From NCBI GenBank assembly GCA_044220955.1, contig JBGAQA010000005.1, positions 41,897 to 105,896 on the forward strand: a stretch of DNA of 64,000 bases, written 5' to 3'. This DNA is from Sandaracinaceae bacterium. Lineage in GTDB: Bacteria > Myxococcota_A > Polyangia > Polyangiales > Sandaracinaceae. How positions within the stretch are numbered: position 1 is the stretch's first letter; each line of letters starts with the position of its first letter. The notes under the pieces are model-generated. The model was not told the DNA's origin and searched no databases. It was given only the letters and a program-made list of their open reading frames with translations. A program made the position numbers and the translations under genes. This document shows, piece by piece, positions 1 to 9,859 of this stretch.

Positions 1-2
1 CC

Positions 3-167
3 AGCTACGCACAGCGCCTCGAACGGGGCGCGCCAGTGAACGTGACGATCGCCATCGTCGGCGCGCTCGCGCGCGCACTCGACGCCGACGTGTCGAAGCT
101 GCTCCGCGTGGCTCGTCCGGCCGTCCGCAGCGCAGGTCGCCCGCGAGCGCCGCGCAGGTCGCGGTAG
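3..167 (+). CDS. XRE-family HTH protein, C-terminal part (5' end outside window)
   Basis: Frame 3 reads SYAQRLERGAPVNVTIAIVGALARALDADVSKLL...; xxxxERG...N.T...ALA.AL pattern typical of XRE helices 3-5; stop TAG at 165-167. Confidence 0.65.
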   Translation, partial: SYAQRLERGAPVNVTIAIVGALARALDADVSKLLRVARPAVRSAGRPRAPRRSR

Positions 168-188
168 AGCATCGCACGGGCCCATGCG

Positions 189-245
189 GGACGAATTCAC
201 GGACGCGAACGGGACGAATTCACCGAATGCGATGGACGAATTCAC
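189..245 (+). repeat. Three exact 12-bp direct repeats GGACGAATTCAC
   Basis: Copies at 189-200, 212-223 and 234-245 (period 23 and 22 bp), directly upstream of the 268 start. Confidence 0.9.
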
Positions 246-267
246 GGATCTGCCATAGACCATTCCG

Positions 268-1545
268 GTGAGTTCGGCTGCGAACCTGGATCGGCACCTC
301 TCCTCTCCCATCGGCGAGGCGCTTCGCTCGGAGCCCGTCGTCGTGGTCACCGGAGCGCGTCAGGTCGGCAAGACGACGCTCGTCCGGGCGCTCGCGCAAG
401 AGCTCGGAGGCACCTACCTCACGCTCGACGACCCGGAGATCCTCGTGAGCGCGCGGGCAGATCCCACGTCCGTGCTCCGGGGAGCGCGCGAGCCCATCGT
501 CATCGACGAGTTCCAGCGCGTGCCGGAGATCCTGCTGGCCACGAAGGCGCTCGTGGACCGGAACCGGAGGCCTGGTCGCGTGATCCTGACGGGCTCGACC
601 CGGTTCATGTCACTGCCGCAGCTCTCGGAGACGCTCGCCGGCCGCGCCGCGATCCTCGAGCTCTGGCCGTTCTCCGTCGGCGAGACCCTGGGGGTCCGGG
701 AGACCTTCGTGGACGACCTGCTCGCGGGCACCGCGCTCCTCGAAGGCTCGACCGATCACGACGAGGTGGACGCCCTCGCGCTCGCATGTCGGGGCGGCTT
801 CCCGGTCATCCGATGGCGCTCGCCGCGAGCCGCCGCGCGCTGGTGGGACGGCTACGTCACGACCGTGACCCAACGTGACGTGCTCGAGCTCTCGCGCATT
901 CGTCGCGCCACGGATCTGCGCCGCGTGCTCCAGCTCGCGGCAGCACGCACGGCCACCGTCCTCAACGTCAGCGCGCTCGCGAGCGACGCGGGCGGTCTCT
1001 CCGTCACGACCACGACCGACGACCTCACGCTCCTCGAGTCCGTGTACCTGATCCATCGCGTGCCGGCGTGGTCCACGAATCTCTCGGCGAAGGTCGCGCG
1101 CACGCCGAAGCTCCACGTCACCGACACCGGGCTCTCGGCGTTCTTGATGGGGCTCGACGCGCGAGGGGCGCAGGCGCGGCGAGCGGCGGCAGCCGGGCCG
1201 CTGATCGAGACGTTCGTGGTCAACGAGCTGAAGAAGCAGATCGGTTGGTCCAGCGAGGCGCCCGCGCTCCATCACTTTCGCGATCGCAGCGGCGCGGAGG
1301 TCGACGCGATCCTCGAGACGCGCGACGGGCGCGTGGCCGCAGTCGAGGTGAAGGCCGGCACGCGGGTGGACGCGGCGGATCTGCGCGGGCTCGAACTACT
1401 CCGCGACCGGCTCGGCGACAGGTTCGTGCAGGGGGTCGTCCTGTTCGGCGGTACGCACGCGCAGTCGCGCGGCGATCGGGTCAGCGTCCTGCCCATGCGT
1501 CGTCTCTGGGGTGCGTCGCCGCGCAAGCGCCGCGCGCGCCCGTGA
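268..1545 (+). CDS. AAA+ ATPase (AAA_14) with C-terminal DUF4143 / PD-(D/E)xK-like domain
   Basis: Walker A GARQVGKT, Walker B IVIDEFQ, LTGS, ETLAGR, GGFP, PKLHVTDTGL, C-terminal EVD...AVEVK. Confidence 0.9.
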   Translation: MSSAANLDRHLSSPIGEALRSEPVVVVTGARQVGKTTLVRALAQELGGTYLTLDDPEILVSARADPTSVLRGAREPIVIDEFQRVPEILLATKALVDRNRRPGRVILTGSTRFMSLPQLSETLAGRAAILELWPFSVGETLGVRETFVDDLLAGTALLEGSTDHDEVDALALACRGGFPVIRWRSPRAAARWWDGYVTTVTQRDVLELSRIRRATDLRRVLQLAAARTATVLNVSALASDAGGLSVTTTTDDLTLLESVYLIHRVPAWSTNLSAKVARTPKLHVTDTGLSAFLMGLDARGAQARRAAAAGPLIETFVVNELKKQIGWSSEAPALHHFRDRSGAEVDAILETRDGRVAAVEVKAGTRVDAADLRGLELLRDRLGDRFVQGVVLFGGTHAQSRGDRVSVLPMRRLWGASPRKRRARP

Positions 1546-1652
1546 CGACGGCGCGGCGCGTCGAGTCGCCCTCCGCCGAGCCAACCGGCCCCGTTCTGCC
1601 CACCGTCGACACGCCACCGGCGCAGCCCTGATTATCCCGTAGACTGGGGCGC

Positions 1653-3194
1653 ATGCTCTCGCGCTCCTTGCTTGCTGCGTCCCTGCTCGTCGCGCTCCTG
1701 CCGGGCTGCCCGGTCTCGACGACGGCGACCGACGACACCGGCGCGCTCGACGCAGGCCTCGACGCGAGCGATCACGACGCGGCCGCGCCGCCCGACGCGT
1801 GGTCCACCCCCGACGCGACGCAGCCCTGCCCGACGCCGGGCGCGATCGAGCACCTCCCTTGCGGCCACTGCGGCACGCTCGATCGCTTCTGCACGGCGAC
1901 GAACACGTGGTCGTACGGCACGTGCATGGGCGAGCACGGTACCTGCAATCCTGGCGACAGCGAGGTCGGCGCTTGTGGTCGCTGCGGGCAACAGGCCCGG
2001 TTCTGCGACGCGACTTGCGCCTGGATCCCGATGGGCGCGTGCCTGAACGAGACGGGGAGCTGCGTCCCGGGCACGCGCATGCGCGTCGCGACCGGCTGCC
2101 CCGCGGGCCAGTCACGCATCGACGCCTGCGACGCCACGTGCGCCGTGACGCACGGCCCCTGCGAGATGCTGGAGTGCGACCCGGGCATGCTCTCGGCGCC
2201 CGTGAGCTGTGGCCGCTGCGGCACGATGGTGCGGAGCTGTGACGCGACCGGCCACTGGATGGACGGGACGTGCGCGGGCGAGGGCGAGTGCGCGCCGGGC
2301 GCGACGTCGAGCGTCACGTGCGAGGTGTGCGGCACGCAGCCGAGCACGTGCGACGCGACGTGCCACTGGATGGCGACCGGCGTGTGTACGGGCGGCGTGA
2401 CCTGCGGCGCGCGGCCGGCGGCGAGCTGCGTCGACGCGACGACGCTGCGCACGTACGACGGCGCGCCAGGCTGCATGACGGGCGCGTGCGTGTATCCGCC
2501 GATGGACGTGACCTGCCCCGCCGGCTGCGCGGCGAACGCGTGCGTGGGCGGCGCGACGCTCGTCGCCGGCCTGGGCGGAGCGACGGGCTTCGGCACGGCG
2601 ACGCTGCCCTCGACGGACGACGGCTCGTCGACGGCGCTCGACCTCACCATGCTCGACCCGATGGGCCTCTTCTACTACGGCGCGCGGCGCGCGACGCTCT
2701 TCGTGAACAACAACGGCAACGTCACGTTCGGGGCCGCGCAGTCCATCTACAGCGCGATGATCCCCGGCGCGATGGCGCCGATGATCGCGCCGTTCTGGGC
2801 GGACGTGGACACGGGCGGCGGCGGCCAGCCGGCCCGCAACAACGTGGTGTGGTCGCTCGACACCACGCGCCTCGTCGTGACCTGGGACCACGTCGGCCGC
2901 TACATGCGGCACGACGACCTGCAGAACAGCTTCCAGCTGATCGTCACGCCGCGCCCCGACCGCACATCCGGCGACTTCGACGTCGAGCTCCGCTACGCGC
3001 TCTGCCAGTGGACCAGGGGCGACACGAGCGCCACGCCGGCGACCGCGGGCTTCGACGCCGGCGACAGCACGCGCTCGCTCGTGCTCCCCGGGTCGGGCAC
3101 CCCCGCGGTCCTGAGCCTCTGCACGACCTCGAACGTCGGAACGGCCGGAGTGTGGCGTTACGAGGTCCGCGCCGGAATGCCGGTCTCGCTGTGA
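1653..3194 (+). CDS. Cys-rich repeat lipoprotein with C-terminal nidogen-like (NIDO) domain
   Basis: Lipobox LPGC; about five C..G.....CG.CG....R.C...C.W repeats; NNNGNVTFG, IAPFWADVD and NSFQLIV NIDO motifs. Confidence 0.8.
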   Translation: MLSRSLLAASLLVALLPGCPVSTTATDDTGALDAGLDASDHDAAAPPDAWSTPDATQPCPTPGAIEHLPCGHCGTLDRFCTATNTWSYGTCMGEHGTCNPGDSEVGACGRCGQQARFCDATCAWIPMGACLNETGSCVPGTRMRVATGCPAGQSRIDACDATCAVTHGPCEMLECDPGMLSAPVSCGRCGTMVRSCDATGHWMDGTCAGEGECAPGATSSVTCEVCGTQPSTCDATCHWMATGVCTGGVTCGARPAASCVDATTLRTYDGAPGCMTGACVYPPMDVTCPAGCAANACVGGATLVAGLGGATGFGTATLPSTDDGSSTALDLTMLDPMGLFYYGARRATLFVNNNGNVTFGAAQSIYSAMIPGAMAPMIAPFWADVDTGGGGQPARNNVVWSLDTTRLVVTWDHVGRYMRHDDLQNSFQLIVTPRPDRTSGDFDVELRYALCQWTRGDTSATPATAGFDAGDSTRSLVLPGSGTPAVLSLCTTSNVGTAGVWRYEVRAGMPVSL

Positions 3195-3238
3195 GCAACA
3201 CGAGAGCCGGACGAAGAACGCCGAACGAAAGAAGAGTC

Positions 3239-5092
3239 ATGACGCCAAGCGCAGCTCGAACACTGCTCACCTCGATGTTGCTCGTCGCGATCGGCTGTGG
3301 GCCCGCGCCCGCTCCCGTCGACGCGGGGAGCACGAGCGACACCGGCACGGCGACCGACGCGGCCCCCGACGCCGGCGCCGACGCGCCTACCGAGCCGGAC
3401 GCAGGCGCGGTCGCGCCGATCTTCCGCAACGCGGTCGCGCTCGACGACGCGACCCTCGCCCACGACGCGCTCCGGCTGATGGGCGCCTCGCAGGCCGGCG
3501 GCTCCGGCAGCTGCCACGACTGCCACGCGATCTCGCGCCCGAACATCGCCCACTTCCTCGATCTCACGACGACCGCGTGGTCGACGTGCTTCTCGGACCT
3601 CGAGGTGCGCACGCCGGCGGCGGCGCAGCGCATCGTCGCCTGCTTCGAGGACGGCGCCTCGCACATGTTCCACACGGGCAACCTCGGCGTGTTCGCGACG
3701 GGCGCGACCTTCGACTGGTTCCGCTTCGTGTTCCAGCGCGCGTACGGGGCGGGCTGGGAGACCGAGTACGCGCGCTTCGTGAACCGCGTGCAGCAGTCGC
3801 CCGCGCCCTACCCCGCGCTCACGCAGGCGGAGTTCGACCTCTTGACGGAGTGGTTCCTGCGCGGCACGCCGCAGGTGAACGCGATCATCCCGCCCATGGA
3901 CGGCCCGGGCGAGTGCCACTCGTACGTCGACCCCGAGGTCGCCACGATCGCCGCGCGCGGCGCAACGACCGGCTGGAGCGCGCGCAACGCGTCGGCCGGC
4001 ATCCTGATGCACGGCTGCGCCGGCGCGGCCACGGCAGCCGACTGCCTGGCGTCGTACCCGCGCGTGACGACCACGAGCTACGGCGCCATGTGGGAGACGC
4101 CCGGCACCCACCAGCGCGTGCTCTTCGACGTGCCCTACGCGTCGAGCTTCTGGACGCGCAGCTCCGCCGACGGCCGCTTCGTCGCCCACGGCGGCGGCAC
4201 GGGCGGCGGCGGCGCATCGATCATCGATCTGGTCCGCAGGCTCGCGATCCCGACGTCGGCCGCGTACGACCCGGGCTTCTTTCCCGACAACAGCGGCTTC
4301 ATGTTCCAGGGCACGCCCTTCGGTGCCGCGCTCTGCGAGCAGAGCGTGCTCGTGACCGGCATGCCCACCGCGATCACGTTCTCGGAGGCGGGCTGCACGC
4401 ACCCCTCGGCCATCGGCCTCTACCAGCACGTCGGAGCGTCGCTCGACGGCGGCGACTACTTCGTCGTGAACTCGCTCTGGTCGGGCGACCCGGGCGGAAG
4501 CCTCACGGATCCGCAGGTCTTCACCGATCCGACCGCGATGGTGACGCTCTTCCGCTTGACCAACACCGGCTCCGGCTTCGCCGACGGCGGCAGCGTGCAG
4601 GTCCCCGCGCCCTACCAGGGCAACGCGGTCATCTCGCCCACGATGCGCACGTTGGTGACGCAGCTCGCCGACGTGAGCGGCGCGCCGCTCGGGTACGTGC
4701 TGCATCGGATCGACCTCGTGCGGGACGCGGGCGGCCGCGTCACGAGCGCGTCGACGGCCGAGCTCGCGCGCTACTGCGTGCCGGGCGGCAAGGCGGCCTT
4801 CTCGCTCGACGATCGCTGGCTCGTCACCCACCACCGCGCGACGGACGCGGACGCGGTGGACCTCGGCTTCACCGGCCCCACGGATCCGCTGTTCGCGCCC
4901 TACCGCGGCGTGTCCAACGTGTACCTGATCGACCTCGTCACGGGGCACGAGACCCGCATCACGAACATGCAGCCGGGGCAGCAGGCGCTCTTCCCGCACT
5001 TCCGCTCGGACGGGTGGATCTACTTCCTCGCGCGCACGGGCGGCGTGCCCGAGCACGTGATCGCGACGGACGCCGCGCTGACGCTGCCCTGA
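3239..5092 (+). CDS. Lipoprotein with one CxxCH motif and probable C-terminal beta-propeller
   Basis: ATG 3239 gives signal peptide with VAIGC lipobox; CHDCH; TolB/PD40-like blades (SADGRFV, FFPDNSGF, FSLDDRWL, FRSDGWI). Confidence 0.7.
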   Translation: MTPSAARTLLTSMLLVAIGCGPAPAPVDAGSTSDTGTATDAAPDAGADAPTEPDAGAVAPIFRNAVALDDATLAHDALRLMGASQAGGSGSCHDCHAISRPNIAHFLDLTTTAWSTCFSDLEVRTPAAAQRIVACFEDGASHMFHTGNLGVFATGATFDWFRFVFQRAYGAGWETEYARFVNRVQQSPAPYPALTQAEFDLLTEWFLRGTPQVNAIIPPMDGPGECHSYVDPEVATIAARGATTGWSARNASAGILMHGCAGAATAADCLASYPRVTTTSYGAMWETPGTHQRVLFDVPYASSFWTRSSADGRFVAHGGGTGGGGASIIDLVRRLAIPTSAAYDPGFFPDNSGFMFQGTPFGAALCEQSVLVTGMPTAITFSEAGCTHPSAIGLYQHVGASLDGGDYFVVNSLWSGDPGGSLTDPQVFTDPTAMVTLFRLTNTGSGFADGGSVQVPAPYQGNAVISPTMRTLVTQLADVSGAPLGYVLHRIDLVRDAGGRVTSASTAELARYCVPGGKAAFSLDDRWLVTHHRATDADAVDLGFTGPTDPLFAPYRGVSNVYLIDLVTGHETRITNMQPGQQALFPHFRSDGWIYFLARTGGVPEHVIATDAALTLP

Positions 5093-5217
5093 CGCGGCTG
5101 CCGGCGCCGCCACCTCGAGGCCGCCCGGTCGATGGACGGATCGCAGGGAAGCCGCGCGCCTGCCCATCCTGATCGCGAAGCGTGACAGCGCCGCGCGGGT
5201 CGCCGACAATCCCCTCG

Positions 5218-6159
5218 ATGGCCGGTGTGCTGTATCACGTGCTCGTCGTGGACGACGAGTCGGCGAACGTCCAGATCCTGACGCGCAACCTCTCCCAGAA
5301 CGGCTATCGCGTCACCGGCGCGAGCTCAGGTCCGGAGGCGCTCGAGGCCGTCAAGGCGTCCCTGCCCGACCTCGTCGTGCTCGACGTCTTCATGCCGAAG
5401 GTCAGCGGCTTCGACGTGCTGAGCGCGCTGCGAGCCAACGAGGCGACGGCCACGATGCCCGTGATCATCGCGTCGGCGCTGGCCGACACCGAGCACATCG
5501 TGCGCGGACTGAACGCGGGCGCGAACGACTACGTCACCAAGCCCTTCGTGATGCCCGTGCTCTTCGCCCGCGTGGCGGCGCTACTGCGCGCGAGCGAGAT
5601 GGTCAAGCGGCTGGAAGTGCAGACCGAGATCCTCTCCAGGATGGCTGCGTACGACGAGCTCACCGGGCTCTTCAACCGTCGGTCGCTCTTCCACACCCTC
5701 GAGACCGAGGTCAGCCGGGGCAAGCGCTACCGGCGCGAGCTCTCGCTGCTGATGCTCGACCTCGACGCCTTCAAGCGCGTGAACGACACGTACGGCCACC
5801 CGGCGGGTGACCAGGTACTTCGCGAATTCGCGCGCCGGATGCGAAGCGTGCTCCGGACGATGGATGCGGCCTGTCGGTACGGAGGCGAGGAGTTCTGCGC
5901 GATCCTGCCGGAGACGAGCGCCGCGGGAGCGATGACGGCCGCCGAGCGCATCCGCTCCACGTGTGCGGCGGCACCCTTCGAGACGACGGCCGGCGCGATC
6001 CCGCTGACGGTCTCGATCGGAGTGGCGACCGCCGCGCCGAGCGTCGCGGGCACGGCGAACGACCTGCTCGGCCAGGCCGACAACGCCCTGCTCCGCGCGA
6101 AGCGAGGCGGCCGCAACCGGGTGGAGCACTTCGGAACGACCCCCGCCGAACCGGTCTGA
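5218..6159 (+). CDS. Response-regulator diguanylate cyclase (REC-GGDEF)
   Basis: VLVVDD, LDVFMP and DYVTKP receiver motifs; DELTGLFNRR, DLDAFKRVNDTYGH, RYGGEEF active site. Confidence 0.95.
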   Translation: MAGVLYHVLVVDDESANVQILTRNLSQNGYRVTGASSGPEALEAVKASLPDLVVLDVFMPKVSGFDVLSALRANEATATMPVIIASALADTEHIVRGLNAGANDYVTKPFVMPVLFARVAALLRASEMVKRLEVQTEILSRMAAYDELTGLFNRRSLFHTLETEVSRGKRYRRELSLLMLDLDAFKRVNDTYGHPAGDQVLREFARRMRSVLRTMDAACRYGGEEFCAILPETSAAGAMTAAERIRSTCAAAPFETTAGAIPLTVSIGVATAAPSVAGTANDLLGQADNALLRAKRGGRNRVEHFGTTPAEPV

Positions 6160-6193
6160 GCGAGCCCCGCCGGCCTCTCACCCGCCCGGGCGT

Positions 6194-7336
6194 TCACGGC
6201 CACGGGCAGCCGTGCGGACAGCCGTTGGCCGTCTCGTCCAGCGACGCGATCCAGTCCGAGAGGACGCGGACGCCTTCGGCGTCGACGACGCTCGTACCGA
6301 TCGGGGGCATCTGATCCATCGGGGCCCGGCTGCCCATGCGCAGTACCGAGACGCTGAGGTCCGGATGGTGCGGCGCGATGCGCAGGTTCGCGAGCGCGCC
6401 CGTGGGGAGCGTCCGCGTCCACACGGAGCAGCCGCACACGGCGCTCGTCCACGTCGCGGTCGCCATCGGGTCGGTCGCACCGACGCGCAGCCAGAGGTCC
6501 AGCCCGTGCTCGGGCGCGGGCCCGCCGTGGCAGTTGCCGCAGTTCGCGTGCAGATATCCGAGCGCGGCGCGCGTCGTCGGGTCGCCTGGCACCTGCGCGC
6601 TCGACGGGTCGATCGACGTCGTGAGCAGGCCCTCCGCCCCGAGCGTCGCGAGCGTCACTCCGGCCTCGTCGTGCGCGAGCTGGATCGCAGAGAAGCCCAC
6701 GATGACGTCGTCCTGCGCGATGGAGTGGCAGCGGACGCACTCGGCGCGGCTCGGGACCTCGTGCCCCGTGCCGTGCACGTCGGCCTCGCCGAAGGGGCTC
6801 GCCGGCCTGACCGAGCGCTGGTCGATGGCCCACACGTACGACGTCATCGTCCAGCTGCTTGTGCCGCGCGGGGCGGCGGTCTTCTCGAGCACGCGCGTCT
6901 CGATCCGCACGCCGCCGATCGAGAACGTCTTGTACAGGCGGGTGCCGACGGGGAATCCCCAGCGGTCGGGATCGCTCGAGTCGATGGTCGCGCCCGCGGG
7001 CAGGTAGACGAACCGCTCCTTGTCCGCACCGTCGGACCAGAGACCGTAGCGCGGGTGGTAGGGGCGAACGCCAGGCGCGAGCGTCGTGCACTCGTCTCCG
7101 ACGTAGAGCCCCGGCGGACCGACGCACGGCGGTCCGGCGTCGCGCCCAGCGTCGTCGCTCGCGTCGCGACCGGCGTCCGAGAGGGCCGCGTCCGTCCCCG
7201 CGTCGTGCCCGGCCTCCGGAGGCGGCGAGGCGTCGCGGCCGGCGTCCGCAGGCGCCCCCGCGTCGGGCGCCGGCGACGCGGGCGCGCACGAAGCGGCGAG
7301 CACGAGGACCAGGACGGCGGCGAGGGCGCGCTGCAT
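6194..7336 (-). CDS. Di-heme c-type cytochrome lipoprotein (SO2930/HNE_0200-like domain)
   Basis: Lipobox LAASC; LWSDGADKER, FPVGTRLYKTF, IETR; CVRCH and YLHANCGNCH; QMPPIG. Confidence 0.8.
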   Translation of the reverse strand: MQRALAAVLVLVLAASCAPASPAPDAGAPADAGRDASPPPEAGHDAGTDAALSDAGRDASDDAGRDAGPPCVGPPGLYVGDECTTLAPGVRPYHPRYGLWSDGADKERFVYLPAGATIDSSDPDRWGFPVGTRLYKTFSIGGVRIETRVLEKTAAPRGTSSWTMTSYVWAIDQRSVRPASPFGEADVHGTGHEVPSRAECVRCHSIAQDDVIVGFSAIQLAHDEAGVTLATLGAEGLLTTSIDPSSAQVPGDPTTRAALGYLHANCGNCHGGPAPEHGLDLWLRVGATDPMATATWTSAVCGCSVWTRTLPTGALANLRIAPHHPDLSVSVLRMGSRAPMDQMPPIGTSVVDAEGVRVLSDWIASLDETANGCPHGCPWP

Positions 7337-7386
7337 CGTCGAGCATTGTAGCCGAGCCTCGCGCGGGCTCGCGTACACTCGATCGG

Positions 7387-8091
7387 ATGAGCGAAGCGCC
7401 GGCACGAGCCGCCGACCCGCGCCGGGAGGTGCAGCGGCGCCTCGCGCGGGTCCAAGCGGGGACGGGCGTGGTCTTCGCGACCTTCCTCGCGCTGCACCTC
7501 GTCAACACGATGCTCGGCGCGCTCGGTCCCGCCGTCTACGACGGAGTCCAGCGGGTGCTCCGCCTCTACTACCAGCTCCTTCCCGTCGAGGTGGTCATCG
7601 TCGCGTCGGGCACCGTGCACTTCGTCGTCGGCATCGTGCGGATCGCGCTCGGACGTCCGGCGGCGACGAACCTGCGCGCGAGAGCCCATCGCTACGCGGG
7701 CTACACGCTCGTGCTCTTCTTCTTCGGCCACGTGATCGCGACGCGCGCTCCCTCGTTCCTCGGCGTCGGGCCCTCGCTCGGCTTCGCCGGGCTCACGTAC
7801 TCGGAGGCGTACCTGCCCGCGTTCTTCTTCCCGTACTACGTGCTGCTCGGGATCGCGGGCCTCCATCACCTGCTGCAGGGGCTGCTCGTCGCGGCGGGCG
7901 TGCTCGGGTGGCGCATCCCCGCGGTGCTGACGCGTCCACGCGTACTGCGGCCGGTGGTCGGCATCGGCTCGGTGCTGATCGTGGTCGCGGTGCTCGCGTT
8001 CGCAGGCGCGCTGTTCCCGATCCACGACCCGATGGACAACGACTTCGCGCGCTTCGCGAGCGCGCTCGTCGCCCGGTACCTCGGCCGGTGA
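7387..8091 (+). CDS. Membrane protein with several transmembrane His residues (cytochrome b / DUF1691-like)
   Basis: About five TM helices with His at LHLVN, VHFVV, HRYAGY, GHVIA and LHHLLQG. Confidence 0.6.
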   Translation: MSEAPARAADPRREVQRRLARVQAGTGVVFATFLALHLVNTMLGALGPAVYDGVQRVLRLYYQLLPVEVVIVASGTVHFVVGIVRIALGRPAATNLRARAHRYAGYTLVLFFFGHVIATRAPSFLGVGPSLGFAGLTYSEAYLPAFFFPYYVLLGIAGLHHLLQGLLVAAGVLGWRIPAVLTRPRVLRPVVGIGSVLIVVAVLAFAGALFPIHDPMDNDFARFASALVARYLGR

Positions 8092-8134
8092 CGGAGAGCC
8101 GGGCGCGGGCGGCCCTTCCGCGTACACTCGGCCC

Positions 8135-9814
8135 ATGCGCACGGCCTCACGCAAGATCGGTCGCTCCTACAAGCAGGAGCGCCCCGGGGGGCGCTGGGAC
8201 GCGATCGTGGTCGGCTCCGGGCTGGGCGGCCTCACCAGCGCCGCGCTCCTCGCCAAGCACGCGGGCAAGCGCGTGCTCGTGCTCGAGCGGCACTCCACCG
8301 CGGGCGGCTTCACGCACACGTTCAAGCGCCCCGGCTTCGAGTGGGACGTCGGCGTGCACTACATCGGGCAGTGCGAGCCCGGCTCGCTCGTACGCGCTCT
8401 CTTCGACGAGATCTCCGGCGGCGAGCTCGCCTGGGCCAAGATGCCGGACGTCTACGACCGCGTCGTCCTCGGCCGCGAGAGCTTCGATCTCGTCGCGGGC
8501 GGCCGACGCTTCGTCGAGACGCTCGCCGCGCGCTTCCCCGGCCAGCGCCTCGCGATCGAGAGGTACCTCCGCGAGGTGATCCGCTCGACCCGCGGGGGCA
8601 CATCCTTCTTCGTCGATCGGGCCCTGCCCGCGCGCCTCTCGCGGCTCGTCGGCCCGCTCCTGCGTGCGCCCCTGCACCGCGCGTCGGCACGCACGGTGGA
8701 AGAGGTCGTCCGCCCCATCGTCGGCGACACGCGGCTCTACGACGTGCTCACGGCGCAGATGGGCGACTATGGCCTGCTCCCGCGCGATGCGAGCTTCGCG
8801 ATCCACGCGATGGTCGTCGGCCACTACCTCGGCGGCGGCTACTACCCGGTGGGCGGCAGTGCCCGCATCGCCGAGACGGTCTCCGAGACGATCGAGCGCG
8901 AGGGCGGCGAGATCTTCGTCGCCGCCGAGGTCGAGCGCATCCTCGTGGAGGGCGGGCGCGCGACCGGCGTGCGGATGATCGACGGCGGGGAGCTGCGCGC
9001 GCCCATCGTGATCAGCGACGCCGGCGCGCCGAACACGTACCTGCGGCTGCTCGAGCCGGGTGTCGCCGAGCCCACGGGCCTCCCGGCGAAGCTCCGCGCG
9101 ATCGGTCCGTCCGCCTCGCACCTCTCTCTCTACCTCGGGCTCGACAAGGCCGACGAGGCGCTCGGCCTGACTGGCACGAACCTGTGGATCTACCCCGAGC
9201 CCGATCGCGAGCGCGCGTTCGAGCGCTTCATGGCCGACGCGAGCGCGCCGATCCCGCTCGTGTACGCGTCGTTCCCCTCGTCGAAGGACCCCACGTTCGC
9301 CGCGCGGCACCCCGGCAAGTCCACCGTGGAGCTCGTCACGATCGCCAACGTGGAGTGGCTGCGGAAGTTCCAGGACACGCGCTGGAAGAAGCGCGGCCCG
9401 GAGTACGACGCGTGGAAGGCGCGCATGAGCGAGCGCCTGCTCGACATCGCGCTCGAGCACCGCCCCTCGCTCCGCGGCCACGTCGTGCACGCCGAGCTCT
9501 CGACGCCGCTCTCGACGCGGCACTTCACGGCGCATCCGGACGGCGAGATCTACGGCCTCTCGCACACCCCCGCGCGCTTCCGCCTCCCGCTCCGCGCGCA
9601 GACCCCCGTCCCGGGCCTCTTCCTCACCGGACAAGACCTCGTCACGTGCGGCGTCGCCGGTGCTCTCTTCGGCGGAGCCATCACCGCAGCCGCGGTGCTG
9701 CGCGGCTCGCTCGTCTCGAGCCTCGCGCGGCGAGCTCTCGGTCGCGAGCGGCCCGCATCACGAGCGACGCCCCCGGCACCCGCCCCGCGCCCGGCCGCGG
9801 AAGAGCGCGCCTGA
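8135..9814 (+). CDS. Phytoene desaturase / retinol saturase family FAD oxidoreductase
   Basis: VVGSGLGG FAD motif, GGFTHTF..G.EWDVGVHYIG, YPVGGS, STPLS, GEIYGL, LFLTGQD. Confidence 0.9.
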   Translation: MRTASRKIGRSYKQERPGGRWDAIVVGSGLGGLTSAALLAKHAGKRVLVLERHSTAGGFTHTFKRPGFEWDVGVHYIGQCEPGSLVRALFDEISGGELAWAKMPDVYDRVVLGRESFDLVAGGRRFVETLAARFPGQRLAIERYLREVIRSTRGGTSFFVDRALPARLSRLVGPLLRAPLHRASARTVEEVVRPIVGDTRLYDVLTAQMGDYGLLPRDASFAIHAMVVGHYLGGGYYPVGGSARIAETVSETIEREGGEIFVAAEVERILVEGGRATGVRMIDGGELRAPIVISDAGAPNTYLRLLEPGVAEPTGLPAKLRAIGPSASHLSLYLGLDKADEALGLTGTNLWIYPEPDRERAFERFMADASAPIPLVYASFPSSKDPTFAARHPGKSTVELVTIANVEWLRKFQDTRWKKRGPEYDAWKARMSERLLDIALEHRPSLRGHVVHAELSTPLSTRHFTAHPDGEIYGLSHTPARFRLPLRAQTPVPGLFLTGQDLVTCGVAGALFGGAITAAAVLRGSLVSSLARRALGRERPASRATPPAPAPRPAAEERA

Positions 9815-9859
9815 CCCCTCGCCGCTCCGCGAGCCCGAGAGCGAAGCGCTGCGCCGGGC

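Noticed and set aside
189..245. Repeat trio as a mini CRISPR array
   Set aside because: The 12-bp repeats and 10-11 bp spacers are far too short, and no cas genes are present
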